The translations under genes were made by a program, and so were the position numbers. Of a stretch of DNA of 44,466 bases, positions 33,096 to 41,173 are shown one piece after another. Origin of the DNA: Dehalococcoidia bacterium (lineage in GTDB: Bacteria; Chloroflexota; Dehalococcoidia; UBA2979); the NCBI GenBank assembly GCA_030684635.1, contig JAUXUW010000247.1, positions 1 through 44,466 of the forward strand. The letters are read 5' to 3'. Each line of letters opens with the position of its first letter. Positions within the stretch are counted from its first letter, which is position 1. A model generated the notes under the pieces. That model was not told where the DNA came from, did no database searches, and saw only the letters and a list, made by a program, of their open reading frames with translations.

Positions 33096-33427
33096 TGCTG
33101 ATCCTGCGCGCCGGCCTCTACCTCGCCGTCGTCGTGGCGGCCTGGACGGTATGGGCGTCCCTGGGGGCCGGCTATCACGTCGAGACCGCGATCGTCCGGG
33201 GCCTGCTGGCGTTCCTGCCCGTGGTGTTCGTCGCCTACCTCGCCGAGATCGTGGTGGTGACGGCCCCCGTCCGGCACCGCGAGGGCCGGGAACGCGGTGC
33301 CGCATATGAGGATGAGATCGGGCGCGCCGAGGATGACGCGCACACCGAACAAGAGAACCGCACGCCAGCCAGCCTCCCCGCGGCCCGCGAACGCGCGACT
33401 GCGATGGAGCGGCGAGCAGCCGCCTAG
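33095..33427 (+). CDS. Small two-TM membrane protein with a charged tail (hypothetical)
   Basis: The GTG shares one nt with the preceding TAG. Two hydrophobic segments are followed by an R/E/D-rich tail. The ORF is wedged between the PilZ gene and fliA. Confidence 0.5.
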   Translation: MLILRAGLYLAVVVAAWTVWASLGAGYHVETAIVRGLLAFLPVVFVAYLAEIVVVTAPVRHREGRERGAAYEDEIGRAEDDAHTEQENRTPASLPAARERATAMERRAAA

Positions 33428-33441
33428 TCTGAGGTAACGAG

Positions 33442-34263
33442 ATGGCCACCCAGCGACGGAAGCCCCTCGATCCGAACGCCCTCACCGGGGAGGCCTTGCA
33501 GCGCGCGAACACCGTGCTGTGGGAGCGCTTCCTGGCGACGAAGGACGCAGCGGTGCGCGAGCAGATCATTCTGCAGTACGCGCCGCTGGTGAAGTACGTC
33601 ATGGGCCGCCTGGCGATCTCTCTCCCGGCGATCCTGGACTATGAGGACATCCTCTCCTTCGGCACGATCGGCCTGATCGAGGCCGTGGAGCGGTTCGATC
33701 ACACCAAGGGCGTGAAGTTCGAGACCTACGCGATCTCCCGCATCCGCGGCGCGATCATCGACGCCCTGCGGTCGTTGGACCGGCTGCCGCGTTCCGTGCG
33801 CCAGAAGGCCCGGGACGCGAACGCGGCGATCCTCACGTTGACCGGCGACCTGGGCCGCGAGCCCACGGACGACGAGGTCGCCAGCGCCCTGGGACTGACC
33901 CCGGACGCTTACCGCAAGACGCTCATCGACGCGTCCTGGATCACCGTGTCACTGGACTCGCTGGGGGCGACCGACGGCGAGGACGACACCGGCGGCCCCA
34001 TGTCCGTGGCAGACCCGGACGACGAGGACTTCTCCGTCGACCTGGAGCGCCAGGAACTGATCGGTGATCTCTCGGCTGTGATTAGGGATTTGCCTGATCG
34101 GGAGCAGTTCATCCTCTCGCTTTACTACAAGGACGAACTGACGATGCGTGAGATCAGCGAGGTCCTACAGATCTCCGAATCCCGCGTCTGCCAGCTCCAC
34201 GCACGGGCGCTTGGCCGGCTCCGCACGGGCCTGCTGAGCCGGCAACATGGACAGGCAGCATGA
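33442..34263 (+). CDS. fliA: Flagellar sigma factor FliA (sigma-28 / SigD / WhiG family)
   Basis: Region 2 is present (LVKYVMGRL...DILSFGTIGLIEAVERFD...KFETYAISRIRGAIID). Region 3 and region 4 are also present (LSLYYKDELTMREISEVLQISESRVCQLHARAL). Confidence 0.9.
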   Translation: MATQRRKPLDPNALTGEALQRANTVLWERFLATKDAAVREQIILQYAPLVKYVMGRLAISLPAILDYEDILSFGTIGLIEAVERFDHTKGVKFETYAISRIRGAIIDALRSLDRLPRSVRQKARDANAAILTLTGDLGREPTDDEVASALGLTPDAYRKTLIDASWITVSLDSLGATDGEDDTGGPMSVADPDDEDFSVDLERQELIGDLSAVIRDLPDREQFILSLYYKDELTMREISEVLQISESRVCQLHARALGRLRTGLLSRQHGQAA

Positions 34264-34739
34264 GCGTCTCACCGGCCATCTTGCTTCTCAGCCTCGCCAT
34301 CGGCGTCCCGTTGATGCTGCTGGCGCTTGGCGTCCTGTATCACGGCTACCTGCTCTCTCAGCAGGCCCAGCGCGACCCGCTGGAGGCGCACGTCGAGTCT
34401 CTGGCAACCGAGTCCACCGAGGCGCTCCTCGCGAGCCTGCAGCACTCCGTCGACCAGCTCCAGGGCCAGATGGCCCGCCAGCGAGACTCGCTCGCCGGCC
34501 TCCTCTCCGACCAGCGCGCTGCCATGACCTTCGTGACCGCCGCCCCTTCCCCGCGTGCTGACGACCGCCCCATGGCGGCCGGCGAACACGTGAGCGCCGC
34601 AGCGCCGGCCACGTCTGACCTGCGCTCTCGGGTGCTCGCACTCACCGAGGACGGGCTCTCTGACCGCGCCATTGCGCGTGAATTGAACGTCGGCCTCGAA
34701 GAGGTCCGCATCGCGCGGCTGCGCGGAGGTCGGGCATGA
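34260..34739 (+). CDS. Membrane-anchored protein with a C-terminal sigma-region-4/LuxR-like HTH (unknown function)
   Basis: ATGA overlap with fliA. There is an N-terminal TM segment (AILLLSLAIGVPLMLLALGVLY), a Q/L-rich helical stretch and a C-terminal HTH (LTEDGLSDRAIARELNVGLEEVRIARL). Confidence 0.6.
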   Translation: MSVSPAILLLSLAIGVPLMLLALGVLYHGYLLSQQAQRDPLEAHVESLATESTEALLASLQHSVDQLQGQMARQRDSLAGLLSDQRAAMTFVTAAPSPRADDRPMAAGEHVSAAAPATSDLRSRVLALTEDGLSDRAIARELNVGLEEVRIARLRGGRA

Positions 34740-35362
34740 CCCGGCGCTTCCTGATGCTTTCCACCGCGCTCGTCGCGCTGGCCCTGGTGGGCGTCATGGT
34801 GATCCCGGCAGGCGCTGCCCGCGCCAACGGCGTTCCGGTGCCCGTGGAACTCAAGTACATCGACCTGTCGAACTGGGGGCCCCAGGACGCGACCGGCAAC
34901 GCCGAGTTGATGTTCGCCGAGGGCGTCCTGCGCCTCGAGGCGTCCGGTCTCGAACGGCTGTCCGGCCGGCTCTACCAGGTGTGGCTCGTGAACTCCGAGG
35001 CGGGCGACGCGATCTCTGCAGGCCGCTTCAACGCGGCGGTGGGTGGGTCCGTGGACTTCACCGGCACCCTGCCTCCGCTTTCCGACTTCGGCTTCGACCT
35101 CCTGATCCTGACCGTGGAACCGGAGCCGGACGACGCGCCGCAGCCGACCGAGGACCGCTCGATCGGCGGCTACTTCAGCCTGGTGGGCCAGCCCGGCGCG
35201 GATGGCAACCAGGCCGCTGCCGGGGGCCTGGGCGCCCCGGGCCGGTTGCCGAACACCGGCGACCCCGGCCTGATCGCTGACCTGGTGCGCTTTGGCGCGC
35301 TGCTGGGCGCTATGTCCCTTTCCGTGTTCGTCGGGCTTCGCCTCGGCCGGAGGGCAGCATGA
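34736..35362 (+). CDS. Sortase-anchored (LPNTG) surface protein with an RskA-like (anti-sigma-K C-terminal) domain
   Basis: ATGA overlap with the previous ORF. A signal peptide ends in AGAARA. An RskA_C-like signature is present (RLYQVWLVNSEAGDAISAGRF). The C-terminal sorting signal is LPNTG, a hydrophobic stretch and RLGRRAA. Confidence 0.65.
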   Translation: MTRRFLMLSTALVALALVGVMVIPAGAARANGVPVPVELKYIDLSNWGPQDATGNAELMFAEGVLRLEASGLERLSGRLYQVWLVNSEAGDAISAGRFNAAVGGSVDFTGTLPPLSDFGFDLLILTVEPEPDDAPQPTEDRSIGGYFSLVGQPGADGNQAAAGGLGAPGRLPNTGDPGLIADLVRFGALLGAMSLSVFVGLRLGRRAA

Positions 35363-36186
35363 TCCGCGGCCTCTACACCGCCGCTTCCGGCATGCTGCTG
35401 GGCCTGCGCCAGCAGGAAGTCGTGGCGGACAACCTCGCCAACTCCAATACCGTCGGCTATAAGGCGGACCAGTCTGCACAGACGGCGTTCTCCGGTGTCC
35501 TCGCGCGCCGTGTCGGCTCCAGCGACGGGCCGATGCGCGGCACCACGGACCGGGTCATCGGCATGGTGGGGACGGGTGCGTTCGTGCAGAACGTCCGCAC
35601 GTTCCTGGGCCAGGGTTCGGAGCGCGAAACGGGCTCACCGCTGGACGTGATGCTCCGTGGGGACGGGTTCTTTGTGGTGCAGGCAGAAAACGGCCTGCGC
35701 TACACCCGTGACGGCCACTGGGACCGCGACGACCAGGAACGCCTGGTGACCGCCGATGGCGCCCTGGTGCTGGATGTCCAGGGCAATCCGATCTCCGTGG
35801 ACACGGACCACATCCGCGTCAAGCCGGACGGACGCCTCGTTCGACTGGTCTCCACCCCCATCGAGTCGGCGGACGGCTCCACCGTCATGGAGGTGACGGA
35901 GGACGAGATTGCGCGGCTTCAGGTGGTGACCGTGGGTGCTGACGATCTGGTGCGCGCGGGGGCCTCACAGTTCCTCGTGATCCCGGGCGCCGCGATCACC
36001 CCACTGGATCCCGCCGAGGGCACAGCGTTTGTCCTCCAGGGCTCGCTGGAGGAAGCGAACGTGAACGTGGGGCAGTTCGCCACACAGCTCTACTCCGTCG
36101 CGCGTTCCTATTCGACGAGCCAGCGCGTCTTCTCCGCCATCAACGACACGCTCGAGAGCGCCGTCCGCGAAGTCGGCCGGGTCTAA
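35359..36186 (+). CDS. flgF: Flagellar basal-body rod protein (FlgF / FlhO-like)
   Basis: The N-terminal rod motif is MIRGLYTAASGMLLGLRQQEVVADNLANSNTVGYK. The C-terminal motif is ...GSLEEANVNVGQFATQL. Confidence 0.8.
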   Translation: MIRGLYTAASGMLLGLRQQEVVADNLANSNTVGYKADQSAQTAFSGVLARRVGSSDGPMRGTTDRVIGMVGTGAFVQNVRTFLGQGSERETGSPLDVMLRGDGFFVVQAENGLRYTRDGHWDRDDQERLVTADGALVLDVQGNPISVDTDHIRVKPDGRLVRLVSTPIESADGSTVMEVTEDEIARLQVVTVGADDLVRAGASQFLVIPGAAITPLDPAEGTAFVLQGSLEEANVNVGQFATQLYSVARSYSTSQRVFSAINDTLESAVREVGRV

Positions 36187-36196
36187 GGGGGCCACA

Positions 36197-37018
36197 ATGT
36201 CTCTGTCCCTGGACGCCGCGATCAGCGGCATGCTCACGCAGCAGCGCAACATCGAGGCGATCGCAAACAACCTCGCGAACGTGAACACCACCGGCTACAA
36301 GCGTGTCAAGATCCACTTCCAGGACATCCTGAACTCCTCCGCGGTGTTCGCGGCCCTGACCGGGCCGGAGAACCTGGCGGACATCAGCCAGTCCTCCGGC
36401 GTCTCCACGGCGTCCACGAAGCGGGATTTCGAGCAGGGTGCCCTGCAGCCCAGCGGTCGTCTGCTGGACTTCGCAATCAGCGGCGACGGCTTCTTCCGTG
36501 TCCTGCTGGATGACGGCTCCACCGCGTACACCCGCGCAGGCGTCTTCATGCTGGACGGCGCCGGCAAGGTCGCCACCAGCAGTGGTGAATTGCTGGACCC
36601 GCCGCTGCAACTGCCGGACCAGTTCCGTGATCTCCGCATTGAGCAGGATGGTTCCGTGACCGTCATGCGCGACTTCACCGACGAGGAACTCGCCGCGCTG
36701 GACGACTTCGCGGCGCGCGATGGCGTGCGCGAGGTGGTGGGCCAGATGGAACTCGCGCGGTTCCCGAACCCGTCCGGCCTCGCCGCCATCGGTAACAGCC
36801 GGTACCGCGAGACTCCGGAGTCGCAGGCGCCGATCTTCGGCCGGCCGGGCGAAGACGGGATGGGTTCGGTGTTCAGCGGCTGGCTGGAGGCGTCCAACGT
36901 GGACATCGCCACGGAGATGACCGGCCTGGTGATGGCCAAACGCGGTTACCAGTTGAACCTTGTCGCCTACCGCACCATCGAAGAGATGCTGACGAAGGCG
37001 AACGACGTCACGGTCTAG
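36197..37018 (+). CDS. flgG: Flagellar distal rod protein FlgG (FlhP-like)
   Basis: ISGMLTQQRNIEAIANNLANVNTTGYKR is at the N-terminus. SGWLEASNVDIATEMTGLVMAKRGYQLN is at the C-terminus. Confidence 0.85.
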   Translation: MSLSLDAAISGMLTQQRNIEAIANNLANVNTTGYKRVKIHFQDILNSSAVFAALTGPENLADISQSSGVSTASTKRDFEQGALQPSGRLLDFAISGDGFFRVLLDDGSTAYTRAGVFMLDGAGKVATSSGELLDPPLQLPDQFRDLRIEQDGSVTVMRDFTDEELAALDDFAARDGVREVVGQMELARFPNPSGLAAIGNSRYRETPESQAPIFGRPGEDGMGSVFSGWLEASNVDIATEMTGLVMAKRGYQLNLVAYRTIEEMLTKANDVTV

Positions 37019-37043
37019 TGCCAGCCGTGCAGGGGATACGACC

Positions 37044-37358
37044 ATGATTCAGCCCATTCGCCCACAGGACGCCAGCGGCATCTACCAGCGGCAGGTCTCC
37101 AGTTCCCGCGAGGCCGGCGAGGCGCCCGCGCAGCGCACCGCCGCCGCGGCACGCGGCGACCAGTCGCGTCGCACGGACCACGTGGCGGTCTCGGACGAGG
37201 CCCGCCTGTTCGCCCGCGTCATGCAGTCCGTGGTGGACGCGCCGGACGTGCGCGCCGCCCGCGTCGCCGAACTGCGCGAGCGCGTGGAGTCCGGCGCCTA
37301 CCAGGTGGATGCAGATGCGCTGGCCCGGCTCATGTTCGAGCGCGGGGTGCAGGGATGA
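37044..37358 (+). CDS. flgM: Anti-sigma-28 factor FlgM
   Basis: 104 aa. The C-terminal FlgM motif is present (DVRAARVAELRERVESGAYQVDADALARLM). Confidence 0.7.
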   Translation: MIQPIRPQDASGIYQRQVSSSREAGEAPAQRTAAAARGDQSRRTDHVAVSDEARLFARVMQSVVDAPDVRAARVAELRERVESGAYQVDADALARLMFERGVQG

Positions 37359-37870
37359 TCGCCGCGGACACCGAACTGACCGGCGGCGCAAACGGCCTGG
37401 TAGCCGTCATGGAATCGCAGGGCGACGTGTACCGCGCGCTCCTGGGTCTTGCCACGTCCGAGCAGGGCGCGATCCTGGAGGGCGACGTGTCGCGCCTCAC
37501 CGAGATTGTGCGCCTCAAGGAAGAACTGTACGACCACCTGCGCGCGCTGGAGACGGAGCGGATGACCGCGCTCGTGGCCATCGAGGCCGCGACCGGCATC
37601 GCGCCCGACCAGGCGACCGTCAGCGAGATTGCCTCCCGGCTGCCGGTCGAGCACGCGACCACGCTCTTGCGTACCGGCCGCGAACTCCGCGGCCAGGCGG
37701 TCGCCCTGGAAGAGGCGCAGACCGCAAATGCGCGGCTGCTGGAGCAGAGTCGGGCGCTGGTCGACCGCTGGCTCCAGTACCTGCGCACCCTCCTTGCCGG
37801 CTCCGTATACACCCCGGACGGCGTCACGCCGTCGCTGCCCGGCGGCCGTGCGCTGGACCGCAGCGCGTAG
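37355..37870 (+). CDS. flgN: FlgN-family flagellar chaperone
   Basis: ATGA overlap with flgM. The 171-aa helical protein (LLGLATSEQGAILEGDVSRLTEIVRLKEEL...) sits immediately before flgK. Confidence 0.55.
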   Translation: MIAADTELTGGANGLVAVMESQGDVYRALLGLATSEQGAILEGDVSRLTEIVRLKEELYDHLRALETERMTALVAIEAATGIAPDQATVSEIASRLPVEHATTLLRTGRELRGQAVALEEAQTANARLLEQSRALVDRWLQYLRTLLAGSVYTPDGVTPSLPGGRALDRSA

Positions 37871-37879
37871 GGGCCCGCC

Positions 37880-39247
37880 ATGGCGATCTCCGTCGGCCTG
37901 AACTCCGTCATGCGCGCGCTCCTGGCGCAGCAGCAGGCGATGGACGCCGTGGCGCACAACGTCGCGAATGTGAACACGCCCGGCTACAGCCGGCAGGTGG
38001 TCCGGCTGGCAGCCGTCGCCCCCGGTGATACGGGTATTGGCAACGGCGTGCAGATTGAGGGGATCGATCGGATCCGCGACCTGTTCGTGGATTTTCAGAT
38101 GCGCACAGAGGCACATGCCGCCGGCGAGTACGCCGCTCGCGCCTCTTCCTTGCAGATGGCCGAGCTCGCCCTCGGTGAACCCGGTGACACGGGGCTGATG
38201 GCCGCTATGGACGGCTTCTTCAACGCCTGGCGGGACCTGGCGAACGCACCCGGGGAGAGCGCTTCCCGCAGTGCCGTCCTACAGGCGGGCGAGACGCTGG
38301 CGTTCTCCGCCCGGCGCCTCTCGCGGACGTTCACGGACATCCGCACGGACGCGAACACGCGGATCGCGAGCGCGGTCGATGAGGTCAACGCGATCGGCCG
38401 CGAGGTGGCCGCCCTCAACCAGCGGATCATCATCGTGCGGGCCACCGGTGACCCGGCGGCGGACCTCACCGACCAGCGTGATCTCGCCCTGGACCGCCTC
38501 TCCCGGCTGGCGGATACGCGCGTCATGCAGCACGAAGACGGGCACGTTGACGTCTTCATCGGCGGGCGCGCGCTGGTCCAGGGCAACCGGGTGAACGAGA
38601 TGGTCCCGGTCCGCAACCCCGCCAACAACGACTACATCGACCTGACGTGGGCCTCGGACGGCGCGGCCGTGAAGGTCGCCAGCGGCGAGATCGGCGGGCT
38701 GCTCCAGCAGCGCGATGTCGACCTCCCCGCACGGCTCGCGGACCTGGACACGCTGATCACGCAGATCATGACAGACGTGAACACCGTCCACGCGGCTGGC
38801 TTCGCCCTGGACGGCGTCACCACCGGCCTCGCGTTCTTCACCGGCACCGGCATCGCTGACATCGCCGTGGATGGTGCACTGGCGGCGGACCTGCGCCTGC
38901 TGGCTGCCGGCGGTGCGGCCGCTGCCCCGGGCGACGGCTCCGGTGCGACGGCGATCGCGCGCCTGCAGGAGGCAGCGAACCTGACCGCGGGTAGCGAGAC
39001 CTACGGCGCCTTCTATAGCGGCGTCACGACCCGCCTGGGCGTGGCCGTCCGTGATGCGAAGCGGCTTGCCGAGTCGCAGGCGCTGACGATCTCTCACCTG
39101 GAACAACTCCGGCAGTCCGTCGCCGGGGTCAACCTGGATGAAGAGATGGTGAACATGGTGCAGTTCCAGCGCGGCTACCAGGCCGCCTCGCAGGTCATCC
39201 AGAAGATCAACGAGATGCTGGATGAGCTGTTCCGGATGGTGCAGTAG
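37880..39247 (+). CDS. flgK: Flagellar hook-associated protein 1 FlgK
   Basis: The N-terminus is LNSVMRALLAQQQAMDAVAHNVANVNTPGY. The C-terminus is VNLDEEMVNMVQFQRGYQAASQVI. Confidence 0.9.
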   Translation: MAISVGLNSVMRALLAQQQAMDAVAHNVANVNTPGYSRQVVRLAAVAPGDTGIGNGVQIEGIDRIRDLFVDFQMRTEAHAAGEYAARASSLQMAELALGEPGDTGLMAAMDGFFNAWRDLANAPGESASRSAVLQAGETLAFSARRLSRTFTDIRTDANTRIASAVDEVNAIGREVAALNQRIIIVRATGDPAADLTDQRDLALDRLSRLADTRVMQHEDGHVDVFIGGRALVQGNRVNEMVPVRNPANNDYIDLTWASDGAAVKVASGEIGGLLQQRDVDLPARLADLDTLITQIMTDVNTVHAAGFALDGVTTGLAFFTGTGIADIAVDGALAADLRLLAAGGAAAAPGDGSGATAIARLQEAANLTAGSETYGAFYSGVTTRLGVAVRDAKRLAESQALTISHLEQLRQSVAGVNLDEEMVNMVQFQRGYQAASQVIQKINEMLDELFRMVQ

Positions 39248-39249
39248 CC

Positions 39250-40137
39250 ATGCGCGTCAGCAACCGGTCCCTGAACGAGCGCCTGCTCATGCACATCCAG
39301 ACGGCGTCAACTCGCCTGAACGAAACGCAGGAACGCGTGGCCAGCGGCAGGCGGGTCCAGCGCGCGTCCGACGACCCGTTTGCGGCGAATCGCTCCATCC
39401 AGGCGCGGTCGGACCGCAACGTCATCGAGCAGCGCGTCCGCACGATCAACCTCGCCCAGTCCGAACTGGCCGTGACGGAGTCGGCGGTCGTGTCGCTCTC
39501 GAACGTCCTGACGCGCGCCCAGGCGCTGTCCGTGCAGGCGGACAGCGCCGGCCTGGATGCCTCTGCGCGCAACCAGATCGCGGCGGAAGTGGACGAACTG
39601 ATCAACGAGGCGCTACAGGTCGCGAACAGCGCCCATGGCGGCCGTCGGATATTCGGCGGGCACCAGTCAGGTGCCGCGCCGTTCGTGCCGGATGTGCCCG
39701 GCCTGCCCACCACCGTCACCTACCAGGGCGACGCGGGGCTGGTGCTCCGCGAGATCGGGGACGGCGAGCAGATCGCCGTGAACCTGGACGGCGATGCGCT
39801 GTTCGATGGCGCATTCACCTCGCTCATCGCGTTCCGAGATGGGCTGCGGGCGAACGACCGCACGGCGATCAACGCTGCGGCGACCGCCATCGGTGCGGAG
39901 ATCGAGGTCGCGCTCCAGGCGCGCGGCGACATCGGCGCCCGGGTGCGCCGGCTGGACATCGTCTCGGAGCGACTCCAGGGCGATGACGAGCGGTTGCGAG
40001 GCCTGGTGGCTGAGTTGGAGGAGGTCGACCTGACCTCAGAAGTCGTGGAACTGCAGATGCGCGACATGGCCTTCCAGGCCGCGCTGTCTGCTACCGGTCG
40101 GTCGCTCAACATGAGCCTGTTGGATTACCTGCGTTAG
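39250..40137 (+). CDS. flgL: Flagellar hook-associated protein 3 FlgL
   Basis: There is a flagellin-like N-terminus (RLNETQERVASGRRVQRASDDPFAA) and C-terminus (DLTSEVVELQMRDMAFQAALSATGRSLNMSLLDYL). Confidence 0.85.
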   Translation: MRVSNRSLNERLLMHIQTASTRLNETQERVASGRRVQRASDDPFAANRSIQARSDRNVIEQRVRTINLAQSELAVTESAVVSLSNVLTRAQALSVQADSAGLDASARNQIAAEVDELINEALQVANSAHGGRRIFGGHQSGAAPFVPDVPGLPTTVTYQGDAGLVLREIGDGEQIAVNLDGDALFDGAFTSLIAFRDGLRANDRTAINAAATAIGAEIEVALQARGDIGARVRRLDIVSERLQGDDERLRGLVAELEEVDLTSEVVELQMRDMAFQAALSATGRSLNMSLLDYLR

Positions 40138-40174
40138 TGCACACGGGCGTGGTGCCCGAGTTGGGGGTGTCATC

Positions 40175-40648
40175 ATGCGGATCAAGACGAATTTCCTGGG
40201 TATGGAGCAGACCGTCGAGGTGGCCGAAGAGCAGATCTTCGCCTTCGAGCCGGGCATCGGTGGCTTTGACGGCCTCCGCCGCTACGCGCTGATCGCGGAA
40301 GAGGACTCGGCGGTGGAGTGGCTCCAGTCGGTGGACGATTCGGACGTGTGCTTCGCGCTCCTCGAGCCGTTCGCGCTCCTGCCGGACTACTCCTTCGAGA
40401 TGTCGGACTCGGACGTGGAGGGCGTGGGCATGGAGGAGCCGGGCGACGTGATCGTCCGTTCCATCCTCACCCTGCACGAGGACCCGGCGCTGATCACGGT
40501 GAACCTGCTGGCGCCGCTGGTGCTGTGCCGGCGCACCCACCTGGCCCGCCAGGTCATCCTGCAGGGCGTGGACTACTCCATGCGCTACCCGGTCCTGACC
40601 GCCATCGAGGCGATGGCCGGCGAGGATGAGCTTCGCGCCTCCGCCTGA
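40175..40648 (+). CDS. fliW: Flagellar assembly factor FliW
   Basis: IFAFEPGIGGFDGLRRYALI...EWLQSVDDSDVCFALLEPF...ITVNLLAPLV is the FliW family pattern, and the gene is adjacent to csrA. Confidence 0.85.
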   Translation: MRIKTNFLGMEQTVEVAEEQIFAFEPGIGGFDGLRRYALIAEEDSAVEWLQSVDDSDVCFALLEPFALLPDYSFEMSDSDVEGVGMEEPGDVIVRSILTLHEDPALITVNLLAPLVLCRRTHLARQVILQGVDYSMRYPVLTAIEAMAGEDELRASA

Positions 40649-40753
40649 CACGCGGCTGTGCCCGCATCGGTGAACGGCCGATGATCCCAGAGGGGTCAGC
40701 GGCAGGGAGCCGTGCGTCCATCACGCGCAGCGTCACAGGCAGGGAGGCCACGG

Positions 40754-41173
40754 ATGCTCATTCTCACGCGTAAGGCCGAACAGGGGATCGTGATCGATGG
40801 CCGGGTGGTGATCCGCCTGCTGTCGATCGAAGGCGAACGCGTCAAGATCGGCGTCGAGGCTCCGCGCTCCATCTCCGTGCTCCGCGAGGAGCTCCTGGGC
40901 GAGGTCGCCGGCGAGAACCAGGCCGCGGCGAAGTTCCACGGCCACGCCGGTCTGGCCGATACGCTGCGCCAGTTGCCCGGCCGCAGCATTACCCCCACGG
41001 ACACGCCCGCCGGCGACTCGCCGGCGAGGGCGTGCCGTCGGCGCGCAGGGCACCCCGCCCGGTATCGCCGCGCGCCCGCAGCGCGTGGTGCTGGCCCCGC
41101 GCCCCCGGGGCCAGCACCTGTGTCCACGTCCCCAGCCGCTCACGAATGCCATTCTGCTCCGCAGGACAGATAA
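40754..41173 (+). CDS. csrA: Carbon storage regulator CsrA homologue, in an unusually long ORF (140 codons)
   Basis: MLILTRKAEQGIVIDGRVVIRLLSIEGERVKIGVEAPRSISVLREEL is the CsrA core. AGGGAGG lies 6 nt before the ATG at 40754. The frame stays open for about 85 further low-complexity codons to 41173. Confidence 0.75.
   Translation: MLILTRKAEQGIVIDGRVVIRLLSIEGERVKIGVEAPRSISVLREELLGEVAGENQAAAKFHGHAGLADTLRQLPGRSITPTDTPAGDSPARACRRRAGHPARYRRAPAARGAGPAPPGPAPVSTSPAAHECHSAPQDR
41087..41118 (+). terminator. Strong hairpin inside the 3' extension of the csrA ORF
   Basis: GGTGCTGGCCCCG-cgcccc-CGGGGCCAGCACC is a perfect 13-bp stem, followed by tgtgtcc with no clear T tract. Confidence 0.4.

Noticed and set aside
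40687-40694. Sigma-28-like -10 element GCCGATGA upstream of csrA, with a second copy at 41317-41324
   Set aside because: Neither copy has a TAAA-type -35 element at the required ~15-nt spacing. The first is also part of a small palindrome (CATCGG-N7-CCGATG). The evidence is insufficient to call FliA-dependent promoters.
40712-40753. Upstream start for the csrA ORF (ORF track 40712), and the TTG at 41346 for the lipoprotein
   Set aside because: The ATG at 40754 has an AGGGAGG SD at ideal spacing and yields the canonical MLILTRK N-terminus. Likewise, GTG 41379 has AAGGGGG upstream and yields a normal lipoprotein signal peptide.
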